This document shows positions 1 to 7,795 of a DNA stretch of 20,000 bases, in pieces. Source of the stretch: an uncultured virus (IMG/VR IMGVR_UViG_3300044513_000589) (lineage: Duplodnaviria > Heunggongvirae > Uroviricota > Caudoviricetes). Numbering within the stretch: the stretch's first letter is position 1; each line of letters begins with the position of its first letter. The stretch lies in IMG/VR virus record IMGVR_UViG_3300044513_000589; one strand, 5' to 3'. Made by a program: the position numbers and the translations under genes. Below the pieces are notes generated by a model. That model saw only the letters and a program-made list of their open reading frames with translations. It did not search any database and was not told the DNA's origin.

Positions 1-53
1 TGTATGACAAAGTTGACGCTGAGGTGAGCATCGATGAAGGATCTGTGGATTGA
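1..53 (+). CDS. cobS: 3' end of upstream gene, probably cyanophage CobS-like AAA+ ATPase (partial)
   Basis: The frame from nt 3 reads YDKVDAEVSIDEGSVD-stop (TGA 51-53). This resembles the '(L)YDKVDA' C-terminus I recall for cyanophage CobS, and the position upstream of gp45 fits. Only 16 codons are visible. Confidence 0.6.
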   Translation, partial: YDKVDAEVSIDEGSVD

Positions 54-660
54 GTATCAGCGGGCGGTCTCTGAGACCTTCCCTGATCTAGAAAACATCT
101 GTGACTGGGCAGACTGGGAGGAGAAAGGAACCTCCCTCTCTGCTAAGATCTACAGCAACCAATACATTGCTAAGTCACGAGAGGTTTTGATTTGGAGTGA
201 GAAGTCGTGTATCTATAACACGATCATCTATCCTAAGACTGGATCTAACCTCCCTTGCTTTGGGATGGACTTGATGGGTTTCTTTGAGAAGAAGGTCATC
301 TTGGTATTTGACTTCCAGCATCCAGTAGAGAACTACCTGTTCTCTCATCCAGATCTCCCTAAGGCAGAGGGTGACTATAGGTTCTTTGAGCCAGGTAATC
401 ACTTCTCTGAGAACATCTATGTTGCCAAGTGTACGATGTCTGAGGTTAATGATCACCTTGAGATGTTCAAGAAATACTTGACCATTTACAAGGATATGGT
501 AGAATGTAAGAAGCCCAATGGGCTGGACATGTCTTCCACTTACTCTGACTTCGATAAGTACATGACGCGACTTGATCCTGTTGGTGGATATCTTGCTAGT
601 ACATTTGGTAAGGAGAAGGCAGAGTCTTTGGTCAATGACTTCCTCTTTACCTATGGTTAA
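34..660 (+). CDS. pebS: Phycoerythrobilin synthase (ferredoxin-dependent bilin reductase)
   Basis: Motifs IYNTIIYPKTGSNLPCFGMDLM, VILVFDFQHP, YRFFEPGNHFS, YSDFDKYMTRLDPV and VNDFLF match phage PebS. Both catalytic Asp residues (GMDLM, LDPV) are present. Confidence 0.92.
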   Translation: MKDLWIEYQRAVSETFPDLENICDWADWEEKGTSLSAKIYSNQYIAKSREVLIWSEKSCIYNTIIYPKTGSNLPCFGMDLMGFFEKKVILVFDFQHPVENYLFSHPDLPKAEGDYRFFEPGNHFSENIYVAKCTMSEVNDHLEMFKKYLTIYKDMVECKKPNGLDMSSTYSDFDKYMTRLDPVGGYLASTFGKEKAESLVNDFLFTYG

Positions 661-1075
661 CTCTTGGTCCCTGCTTTATGATGCTATGGAAGAAGATAAA
701 ATTGTTTTGAACTATGACAGAGAACCTGTTGTAGATTATGTCGGACCTGACAGTATTTTTAATGTGAACGTAAACGAATCTCTCCCTCATTATCGATTCA
801 ATGAGGACGCAGTTCTTAAAACTGCCAAGGACTATATTGCTTCGACGTATCGTCAGCACTATACTTCTGATAAATCTCCCACTCAGACTCTTGATCTGAT
901 TGCTTCCATTGGCGATGGTGAACCCTTCTGCCGCAGCAATGCGATTAAGTATTTGAGCCGTTATGATAAGAAGGGCAGTGCCAAGAATGACATCTTGAAA
1001 GCAATTCACTACTGCGTCCTACTGTATAATTTTGTTGAACAATCTACTGAGACTGAAACCTATGAGACTTTCTAA
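653..1075 (+). CDS. DUF3310-like conserved cyanophage protein
   Basis: HY...QTLDLI...FCRSNAIKYLSRYDKKG...DILKAIHY pattern. The start is placed at ATG 653 (MVNSWSLL), overlapping the pebS stop, rather than at 572. Confidence 0.75.
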   Translation: MVNSWSLLYDAMEEDKIVLNYDREPVVDYVGPDSIFNVNVNESLPHYRFNEDAVLKTAKDYIASTYRQHYTSDKSPTQTLDLIASIGDGEPFCRSNAIKYLSRYDKKGSAKNDILKAIHYCVLLYNFVEQSTETETYETF

Positions 1076-1742
1076 TCGAACCGTACAGATCCTGAAGACG
1101 TTCGTTAATATCAATAAGTCTATCCAGTTTCGGAAGGGTAACGAAATTTCTACTCTGGCTATCCAGAAGAATGTTCTTGCTCGTGCTCCTGTTGATGAAG
1201 ATTTCCCCCAGGACTTTGCTATCTATGATCTTGGTGAGTTTGTACAGGTGCTTAACCTGTTTCAGGATGGTGAACTCACCTTCGATAGTCCAAGTTATGT
1301 AACTATCTCTTCTGGTCGCAACCAGGCACGATACTTCTTTGCTGATCCTAGCATCATCACTGCTCCTCCCACTAAAGCACCTTCCCTTCCTAGTGTTGAG
1401 GTTGAGTTTGATCTCAGTCGCGATGATCTCCAGCGAGTTGTCCAGTCTATTAACATCTATAAGGTAGAAGATATTTCTATCGTAGGTGAGCCTGGTGGTC
1501 ATGTGTCTATCGTTGTTCGTGACCGTAAGAATGATTCTTCCAATACCTATTCTGTAGATGTTGGTGAGGCAGACGCAAACTTCTGCTTCAATCTCAAGGC
1601 AGAGAATCTAGTCGGTAAGGTTATTCCTGGCGACTACAAAGTCAAGATCAGCTCTAAGGGTGCTAGCACCTGGCGTTGTACCTCTGACAGTCTTGAGTAC
1701 ATGATTGCTCTAGAGCCAGATTCTAAGTATGAGGCAGGTTGA
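1062..1742 (+). CDS. gp45: DNA polymerase sliding clamp (T4 gp45-like)
   Basis: MRLSNRTVQILKTFVNINKSI, FPQDFAIYDLGEF, YFFADPSII and C-terminal YMIALEPDS. Start placed at ATG 1062. Confidence 0.95.
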   Translation: MRLSNRTVQILKTFVNINKSIQFRKGNEISTLAIQKNVLARAPVDEDFPQDFAIYDLGEFVQVLNLFQDGELTFDSPSYVTISSGRNQARYFFADPSIITAPPTKAPSLPSVEVEFDLSRDDLQRVVQSINIYKVEDISIVGEPGGHVSIVVRDRKNDSSNTYSVDVGEADANFCFNLKAENLVGKVIPGDYKVKISSKGASTWRCTSDSLEYMIALEPDSKYEAG

Positions 1743-2328
1743 TATTGAAGTCATAGATGATTTTGTTTCTCCTTCTTATCTGAAGGAGTTACAAACTCTA
1801 CTGACAGGCACCGACTTCCATTGGCATTTTCAGAGTTCACAATCTCTGGACTATTCTTCTGAGAAGCTGGAAGACTTTGGGTTCTCACAGGGCATTGTCC
1901 CTCCCTGGGAACCCAATCGATTTTTAGATACAGGTTGTGCTTTCTTTATTGCTCCATTGATCTATCAGATCAAAGACAATCTACAGGCAGATAATATCAT
2001 GCGCTGTAGACTAGACATGACCGTACTTCATAAACCACCATATCTTCACCCACCACACATTGACATTGGTGAAGATCATGTTGCTTGTATTGTGTACATC
2101 AATGAAACTGATGGTGACACCGTGATCTATGACAAGCAACTGACAAATATGGAACTGGCACAATGGAAGCTTGACATGACCTTGAACCTCCCCGATAATG
2201 TAGAGGTCAAGAGACGTATCTCACCCAAGCCAGGACGTGTGGTATTATTTAATGGAAGGTATGCCCATACAGGGCACTCTCCTAGCGAGCATCAGTCTCG
2301 CATCTTGATCAACTCTGTCTTTACTTGA
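1729..2328 (+). CDS. 2OG-Fe(II) oxygenase superfamily protein (HxD type)
   Basis: N-terminal VIDDF, HID, IVYINETDGDT, PKPGRVVLFNG...H and RILIN give the HxD...H...R double-stranded beta-helix pattern. Confidence 0.8.
   Translation: MRQVDIEVIDDFVSPSYLKELQTLLTGTDFHWHFQSSQSLDYSSEKLEDFGFSQGIVPPWEPNRFLDTGCAFFIAPLIYQIKDNLQADNIMRCRLDMTVLHKPPYLHPPHIDIGEDHVACIVYINETDGDTVIYDKQLTNMELAQWKLDMTLNLPDNVEVKRRISPKPGRVVLFNGRYAHTGHSPSEHQSRILINSVFT
2171..2199 (+). promoter_or_regulatory. Sigma70-like (early) promoter inside the oxygenase gene, upstream of gp44
   Basis: TTGACA (2171-2176), 17-nt spacer, GATAAT (2194-2199). Confidence 0.65.
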
Positions 2329-2330
2329 TT

Positions 2331-3278
2331 ATGAGTGACTTTCTTTGGGTAGAAAAGTATCGCCCTAAGACTATTGATGAATGTATTCTTCCTGCTGAAA
2401 CGAAGAGTACATTCAACTCCTTTGTTGCCAAAGGAGAACTGCCCAATCTTCTTCTGTCTGGCTCTGCTGGTATTGGTAAGACTACCATTGCTAAAGCATT
2501 GTGCGAAGAGTTGGGTCTAGACTATATTGTTATTAATGGATCCGATGAAGGACGATTTCTCGACACGGTACGAAACACCGCAAAGAGCTTTGCTTCGACC
2601 GTCTCACTACTTGGTGCTGACAACAAGCACAAAGTCATCATTGTTGACGAAGCTGATAACACGACCCACGATGTACAACTCTGCCTACGGGCGTTTATTG
2701 AGGAGTTTCATCGCAACTGTCGATTCATCTTCACTTGTAACTACAAGAACAACATCATTCCAGCGCTCCATTCTCGCTGTACAGTCTTCGATTTCGCAAT
2801 CAAAGGCAAAGCAAAAGCCAGTCTCGCAGCCCAATTCTTTAAGCGTGTCGGGACTATACTTGAGGGAGAGGGGATCTCGTATGATCCAGCAGTCGTGGCA
2901 GAGGTTATTCAGAAGCACTTCCCTGACTTCAGGAGAGTCCTCAATGAACTCCAGCGATACTCAGCGTCGGGATCCATCGACACTGGCATTCTGGCGTCGC
3001 TGAGTGAGGTACACATTGGTAACCTCGCTGCTTATCTAAAGGGCAAGCAGTTCAGCAAGGTTCGTCAATGGGTAGTTGATAACCTTGACAATGACGCAAA
3101 CACTATTCTGAGAACTCTTTATGACAACCTTTATCAAACGCTTGAGCCCGCTTCCATTCCTCAAGCAGTGCTCATCATCGGCAAGTACCAGTATCAGTCT
3201 GCTTTCGTTGCCGATCAAGAGATCAACCTTTTGGCAGCTCTGACGGAGATGATGTGTGAGTGTGATTTCAAAGCTTAG
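2331..3278 (+). CDS. gp44: Clamp loader large subunit (T4 gp44-like AAA+ ATPase)
   Basis: FLWVEKYRP, Walker A GSAGIGKTT, Walker B IIVDEAD, ALHSRC, FPDFRR and ADQEIN. Confidence 0.97.
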   Translation: MSDFLWVEKYRPKTIDECILPAETKSTFNSFVAKGELPNLLLSGSAGIGKTTIAKALCEELGLDYIVINGSDEGRFLDTVRNTAKSFASTVSLLGADNKHKVIIVDEADNTTHDVQLCLRAFIEEFHRNCRFIFTCNYKNNIIPALHSRCTVFDFAIKGKAKASLAAQFFKRVGTILEGEGISYDPAVVAEVIQKHFPDFRRVLNELQRYSASGSIDTGILASLSEVHIGNLAAYLKGKQFSKVRQWVVDNLDNDANTILRTLYDNLYQTLEPASIPQAVLIIGKYQYQSAFVADQEINLLAALTEMMCECDFKA

Positions 3279-3795
3279 GAATCCTCTTAGGGAGTCCTAC
3301 CAAACATTCAAGGAACTTGTCAACGGACAAGAGTTTCCTTGGTATTATTACGAACATAGTGTAGAAGGGAAGAACGATGAGTTCGACAACGTTCCTTTCT
3401 ACGGTCACACTATTCTGGCTAGACCTGGGTATGGAAACGCTTTGTACTCTACTCCCATGTCTCCTTATATAGAGTTAGCCAACCTTGTACTTTCTGACAT
3501 CTTCGAGTATAATAATATCGATGTGAACGTAGTTCATAGGATCAATGTGAACTGTACTCATTGGTCAAGTGACCTCCCTTCCGTCCCACATGTTGATCAT
3601 GATTTCCCACACAAGAATCTAGTCATTTATCTTAGCGGATTTGACTTTGGCGAAACTTGTCTGTGGAAAGATGGTAAATGTGTCTCCCGATATATACCAG
3701 TCGAAGATGGTATTATCACTTTTGAAGGACTACATAACATAGAACAACCAAGAGCTGGTTGTAGAAGAATTGTTTTAGTTGCTACTTATTCATGA
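3256..3795 (+). CDS. 2OG-Fe(II) oxygenase superfamily protein (HxD type)
   Basis: FPWYY, RINVN, PHVDHDFPH, LVIYL, GET, distal H (GLH) and RRIVLVATY. The GTG start is uncertain. Confidence 0.72.
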   Translation: MSVISKLRNPLRESYQTFKELVNGQEFPWYYYEHSVEGKNDEFDNVPFYGHTILARPGYGNALYSTPMSPYIELANLVLSDIFEYNNIDVNVVHRINVNCTHWSSDLPSVPHVDHDFPHKNLVIYLSGFDFGETCLWKDGKCVSRYIPVEDGIITFEGLHNIEQPRAGCRRIVLVATYS

Positions 3796-4652
3796 AATCT
3801 TTGAAGACGCCATTGCGATACCCTGGGGGAAAGTCCAGAGCAGTTCCTAAACTGTTTGAATATCTTCCTAAGGAAATTAGCGAGTATCGAGAGCCATTCC
3901 TAGGTGGTGGTTCTATGGCGATTGCTATTACTAAAGCGTATCCAGATGTCCCTATCTGGGTGAATGATCTTTACGAACCTCTGTATAACTTCTGGGTAAA
4001 TCTTCGTGAGTTCGGTACCAGCATGACTGAAGAACTCAGGTCGTTGAAGAAAGAAAACCAGAACACAGAGACTGCTCGTGCCCTCTTCGATTTTTGTAAG
4101 GTACAGGTCAATGATAAGGATGTTGATCCTCTCCAGCGTGCTGTGGCTTTCTATGTTGTTAATAAGTGTTCGTTTAGTGGACTCACTGAATCGAGTAGTT
4201 TCTCAGGACAGGCTTCAAACAACAACTTCACCATGAGAGGTATTGAAAAACTTCCTGAGTACAGCGATCTTATTGCTGACTGGAAGATTACTAATCTTTC
4301 TTATGAAGAAGTAGTTGCTGATTGTACTCACAAGACACCTATCGGTTCTGTGAACGAGACTGCTTTCATTTATGTTGATCCTCCGTATAACATCAAGGAT
4401 GTTTTGTATGGAAAGAAGGGCAACATGCATAAAGGATTTGATCATGCTAAGTTCGCTGATACCATGGACTCGGTTCTTAGTAATGTGATGATCTCATATA
4501 ACAACCACCCAGATATCCAACAGAGATTTGATGAGTGGCATCAGTATGACTGGGATCATACTTATACGATGCGATCTACTGGAGACTACATGAAGAACCA
4601 GCAAGAGCGTCGTGAACTTCTGTTGACGAATTATGGATGGTGTGTTGACTGA
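3792..4652 (+). CDS. dam: DNA adenine methyltransferase (Dam/D12 class)
   Basis: PLRYPGGKS, SAM-binding EPFLGGGS, WVND and catalytic DPPY. Confidence 0.95.
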   Translation: MKSLKTPLRYPGGKSRAVPKLFEYLPKEISEYREPFLGGGSMAIAITKAYPDVPIWVNDLYEPLYNFWVNLREFGTSMTEELRSLKKENQNTETARALFDFCKVQVNDKDVDPLQRAVAFYVVNKCSFSGLTESSSFSGQASNNNFTMRGIEKLPEYSDLIADWKITNLSYEEVVADCTHKTPIGSVNETAFIYVDPPYNIKDVLYGKKGNMHKGFDHAKFADTMDSVLSNVMISYNNHPDIQQRFDEWHQYDWDHTYTMRSTGDYMKNQQERRELLLTNYGWCVD

Positions 4653-4864
4653 TGGGTGGAAGTTTAGGTGTACGGGTAAAGAATGGCTATTGCTCTCTCT
4701 ATCACACGAAGAGAGGAGTTCTCAGTACCTTCTGCCCCAATTCGCAATCCGCCATCATCAATGGCGATGAGATCCATGTCACCCTGAACAGTGGCAGCAT
4801 TGCGATCTATGAAATTAATTCTAATGGGACAGGTGTCCGTGGACCTGTCAAAATTATCACATGA
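4652..4864 (+). CDS. Hypothetical protein (70 aa, beta-rich)
   Basis: Coupled on both sides (TGATG with dam, ATGA with the next gene), and fills the gap exactly. Confidence 0.7.
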   Translation: MGGSLGVRVKNGYCSLYHTKRGVLSTFCPNSQSAIINGDEIHVTLNSGSIAIYEINSNGTGVRGPVKIIT

Positions 4865-5460
4865 AGTATGTCAACATCAGTTCGCCAATCTTATATAAGG
4901 ATCGCTTTGAATTTGACGAGCGCTATGTTGAAAAAGCCGACGAGCTATTCCGACTGGTTACCAAGTACAGCGTTGATACACCTGTAGAGAGGGGTGGATC
5001 ATCCACAGCAAATCTCTATGGGATTAAGGAGCATCGTCTTCCGCATACGGATCCTCTCTTTAATCCATTTCTTTATTGGTTGGATGAGAAACTTGCTTAT
5101 CTGAAAAAGGTATGGAAGTATGAAAATTCTTTCCCCCACTTTATTTCTAATAGTTGGTTCAACGAACACTTCAGAGGAGACTGGACTGACGAACATGCTC
5201 ACGGTCCCTGTATTGTCTGTACGGCATACGTACGCAAGCCAGAAGACTCTGGGAACCTATTGGTAAGAGATCCACTCACTGAGGTTAGAACCAGTGAACC
5301 CATGGACATACAACCATGGAGATTAATCCCTGTGGAGCAGGGAGACGTTGTTTTCTTTCCTGGGTGGCTGAGACATAAGACAGAACCAAGTCAATCAGAC
5401 ACCAGACGTTTGACATTAACTTTGAATATCACACCTAATTATGAGTGCGGAACTTTCTGA
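4861..5460 (+). CDS. 2OG-Fe(II) oxygenase-like protein, TIGR02466-like (HxH type)
   Basis: SWFN, HAH, YVRKPEDSGNLLVRDP, GDVVFFPGWLRH and RLTLTLN. Confidence 0.85.
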   Translation: MKYVNISSPILYKDRFEFDERYVEKADELFRLVTKYSVDTPVERGGSSTANLYGIKEHRLPHTDPLFNPFLYWLDEKLAYLKKVWKYENSFPHFISNSWFNEHFRGDWTDEHAHGPCIVCTAYVRKPEDSGNLLVRDPLTEVRTSEPMDIQPWRLIPVEQGDVVFFPGWLRHKTEPSQSDTRRLTLTLNITPNYECGTF

Positions 5461-5818
5461 TTATTTGAACTCGATCAATCAAACTAAGGAGCACCTTGGT
5501 GATGATGCGATGAAAAAATACCCAGCGTACATTGTGAACCGCTGTCTCTCTGGTCACATTGATGCTATCTTGTTTGCTAATGAGATGAACAAGATGGCTC
5601 ATCTGGACAATAGACTTCAATATGACTTTTTTATAAATACATTGAGAAAACGCAAACGTTTTTCACCTTGGTTGAAGAAAGAACAGATCACTGATCTGGA
5701 TCTTGTCAAGCGTCACTATGGTTATAGTAACGAAAAAGCAAAGATCGCTCTCACTCTTCTCACCGAAGAACAACTTGAATTTATTAGATCCAGACATGAG
5801 ATGGGAGGACGAAAATGA
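5441..5818 (+). CDS. gp62: Clamp loader small subunit (T4 gp62-like)
   Basis: YLNSINQTK, YPAYIVNRCLS, ANEMN, QYDFFINTLRKRKRFSPW and YGYSNEKA. Confidence 0.95.
   Translation: MSAELSDYLNSINQTKEHLGDDAMKKYPAYIVNRCLSGHIDAILFANEMNKMAHLDNRLQYDFFINTLRKRKRFSPWLKKEQITDLDLVKRHYGYSNEKAKIALTLLTEEQLEFIRSRHEMGGRK
5632..5639 (+). promoter_or_regulatory. T4-type late promoter within gp62, upstream of regA
   Basis: Exact TATAAATA. Confidence 0.55.
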
Positions 5819-6264
5819 CAGCAACCTTTGCTGACCAGGAGGTTAAATGGACTCCTGATGATATGGTCGAAGTGAGTTTGACTGAGCCAGATGATTTCCT
5901 GAAGGTGCGAGAAACACTTACGAGGATCGGAGTAGCATCCCGTAAGGAAAAGAAACTCTACCAATCCTGCCACATCCTTCACAAGCAAGGTAGGTATTAC
6001 ATTGTTCACTTTAAGGAACTGTTTGCCCTTGATGGTAAGAAAGCAAACCTTTCTCTTAATGATGTACAACGCCGTAATAGAATCATTCAACTCCTGTCTG
6101 ACTGGGGTCTAGTTGGTATTGTCAACGCTGCTGATGTAGTAGACGTGGCACCTTTGAGCCAGATCAAAGTTCTTTCTTACAAAGATAAGAATGGTTGGAC
6201 GTTGGAATCAAAATATAATATTGGCAAAAAGAAAACAAATTCTGTAGAAGCAACTTCTGCTTGA
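5815..6264 (+). CDS. regA: Translational repressor RegA
   Basis: PDDFLKVRETLTRIGVAS, LYQSCHILHKQGRYYIVHFKELFALDG and RRNRIIQLLSDWGL. Confidence 0.97.
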   Translation: MTATFADQEVKWTPDDMVEVSLTEPDDFLKVRETLTRIGVASRKEKKLYQSCHILHKQGRYYIVHFKELFALDGKKANLSLNDVQRRNRIIQLLSDWGLVGIVNAADVVDVAPLSQIKVLSYKDKNGWTLESKYNIGKKKTNSVEATSA

Positions 6265-6270
6265 TAAATA
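6263..6270 (+). promoter_or_regulatory. Late promoter (NATAAATA) overlapping the regA stop codon
   Basis: GATAAATA at the start of a non-coding gap. Confidence 0.65.
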
Positions 6271-6274
6271 GTTC

Positions 6275-6349
6275 TGTCGCTCTCGTGCGGCACGCTACAC
6301 ATACGGAAAACGCTACCTTGGGGGATCGGTTATCCGATCCTCTTTTTTT
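6275..6349 (+). ncRNA. Candidate small RNA between a late promoter and an intrinsic terminator
   Basis: No ORF. 5' hairpin TGTCGC-TCTCGT-GCGGCA (6275-6292), two ACGCTAC copies (6292-6298, 6310-6316), then a terminator. Confidence 0.4.
6320..6349 (+). terminator. Rho-independent terminator
   Basis: GGGGGATCGG-TTAT-CCGATCCTCT stem (10 bp including two G-U pairs) with a T7 run at 6343-6349. Confidence 0.88.
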
Positions 6350-6372
6350 ATAAGTTTTGACTATATAATTAC

Positions 6373-6416
6373 GGTTGCCTTCGGGGACCACACAACGCAA
6401 TCTCGCTTTCAGGAGA
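6373..6416 (+). promoter_or_regulatory. Structured hsp20 5' UTR; ROSE-like RNA thermometer candidate
   Basis: Hairpin 1 is GGTTGCC-TTCG-GGGACC (6373-6389, cUUCGg loop). Hairpin 2 is TCTCGCT-TTC-AGGAGA (6401-6416), which pairs UCGCU with the SD AGGAG and leaves a bulged G. Confidence 0.6.
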
Positions 6417-6423
6417 GCTAAAA

Positions 6424-6870
6424 ATGACTGGACTGTCTAAGTGGACATCGAAAGATGCTGACAAATTTTTTGATGCTGTAAACAAATACAGCGTAGGAAT
6501 GGATGACATCATCCATAGACTACATTCATATGGATACCACCAACCTGGCGGACAATACCCACCATATAACATTGTGAAGGAATCCAATGTCAAGTGGCGT
6601 ATTGAAGTAGCACTTGCTGGATGGGATAAGAACGACATTGAGGTAAGCACAGAGACAAACGTTCTTCTCATTCGGTCCAAGGCAGCGAAGGACACCATGG
6701 AAGAAGAGTACATGCATCGTGGTGTGGCGACGAGAACCTTCGCTAGAGGATTCAACTTGGCTGATGATGTTGAGGTAGGAGATGTGACCTTTAAGGATGG
6801 TCTTCTTATAATCCCCCTCAAGAAGATCATTCCAGAACATCAGGCACTAAAGGTGTATGAAATCAACTAA
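6424..6870 (+). CDS. hsp20: Small heat shock protein (Hsp20/IbpA-like)
   Basis: YPPYNIVK, IEVALAG, YMHRGVATRTFARGFNL, DGLLII and KIIPE. SD AGGAG at 6411-6415. Confidence 0.96.
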   Translation: MTGLSKWTSKDADKFFDAVNKYSVGMDDIIHRLHSYGYHQPGGQYPPYNIVKESNVKWRIEVALAGWDKNDIEVSTETNVLLIRSKAAKDTMEEEYMHRGVATRTFARGFNLADDVEVGDVTFKDGLLIIPLKKIIPEHQALKVYEIN

Positions 6871-6873
6871 ATA
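6867..6873 (+). promoter_or_regulatory. Possible late promoter overlapping the hsp20 stop codon
   Basis: CTAAATA (TAAATA core). Confidence 0.45.
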
Positions 6874-6900
6874 ATTCTGCCCAAATATCGTCGGCGCACG

Positions 6901-6930
6901 GGGGCGGCTTGACAAAGACCAAGCCGCCCC
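6901..6930. repeat. Perfect 11-bp inverted repeat (terminator-like hairpin)
   Basis: GGGGCGGCTTG-ACAAAGAC-CAAGCCGCCCC, followed only by a weak tail (TTATAATTT). Confidence 0.85.
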
Positions 6931-6937
6931 TTATAAT
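6909..6937 (+). promoter_or_regulatory. Consensus sigma70-like promoter for the operon containing gp43
   Basis: TTGACA (6909-6914), 17 nt, TATAAT (6932-6937); 22 nt before ATG 6960. Confidence 0.88.
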
Positions 6938-6959
6938 TTGTATGGACTTGTAGTTAATC

Positions 6960-7319
6960 ATGGTTGAAGCAGAACGCATTAAACTTATCCTCACTAAAGT
7001 AGGTGAGCATGTTATTGCTGATGTTCAAGAAGCAGTAGATAAGGAAACTGGTGATCGTAAGGCTTATATTCTGACCGTTCCCTATACGGTACAGATTGCT
7101 GAGCAGCCTGAAAGCCAAGTGGACCTTGACACTTTTGAAGATCAGGAAGTAAAGATTAGATACCGCCCCTGGTGCCCCTTCACTATCGATCAGCGCATTG
7201 CTATTGAGTGTGACTATGTGGTTTCTATCATGGACCCAGCACCTAGTCTTCTTCAAACGTATCTGAGTAATGTACGTGCCAAGCAAGGCGATCGTTATGT
7301 TGATGATGACAAAGAATGA
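6960..7319 (+). CDS. Conserved hypothetical protein, paralog 1 (possible Sm/SH3-like barrel)
   Basis: IKLILTKVGEHVIADVQE...PY...PWCP...VVSIMDPAPSLLQTY pattern shared with the next two ORFs. Confidence 0.8.
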   Translation: MVEAERIKLILTKVGEHVIADVQEAVDKETGDRKAYILTVPYTVQIAEQPESQVDLDTFEDQEVKIRYRPWCPFTIDQRIAIECDYVVSIMDPAPSLLQTYLSNVRAKQGDRYVDDDKE

Positions 7320-7795
7320 GTATTAAACTGATTTACATGAGGACGGGTGAGGAAGTAATCTCTGAAGTAAAAGAGATTGCCCACCCCGAGAGTGGTGAAC
7401 CTATTGGTTACCACATGCATAAACCTTTCCGTCTGGATATTGTCCAGCAGAATATTGAATTCAATAGTGAGAAGGGTTATCAATTGGAGTGGTTCCCCTG
7501 GGCACCTCTCAGTAAAGACAGAGATTTCTTTATCCCAGGATCACAAGTGATCACTGTCTATGAGCCACTAGACTCTCTGATTTCGCAGTATGTTTCTGCC
7601 ATTGATGAGACCAGATACGAAGAGAATTTCCGTAAGCATGAGGCAAGATTTAATCTCAGTTACGAAGATATTGATCTCGATGATATGTTTGACGAAGCTG
7701 AGAAAATGTTAGCCGAATTGGAGGAAGACAATGGAGATAGTCCTGCTGCTGCTGAAGACGGGGGAGTACGTCCTGAGTCAAGTGGAGACACTTGA
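7316..7795 (+). CDS. Conserved hypothetical protein, paralog 2, with acidic C-terminal tail
   Basis: IKLIYMRTGEEVISEVKE...PF...PWAPLS...VITVYEPLDSLISQY. ATGA overlap with the previous ORF. Confidence 0.82.
   Translation: MSIKLIYMRTGEEVISEVKEIAHPESGEPIGYHMHKPFRLDIVQQNIEFNSEKGYQLEWFPWAPLSKDRDFFIPGSQVITVYEPLDSLISQYVSAIDETRYEENFRKHEARFNLSYEDIDLDDMFDEAEKMLAELEEDNGDSPAAAEDGGVRPESSGDT

Noticed and set aside
572..652. Longer starts given by the ORF track (572; likewise 1032, 12019, 14193)
   Set aside because: They overlap upstream genes deeply. Downstream ATGs match the family N-termini better.
3792..4652. Dam plus the distant nuclease-like ORF as a restriction-modification system
   Set aside because: The genes are about 10 kb apart, and orphan Dam is usual in T4-like phages. 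No evidence links them.
6265..6423. tRNA or CRISPR array in the structured intergenic region
   Set aside because: No cloverleaf or T-loop, and only two 7-nt repeats.
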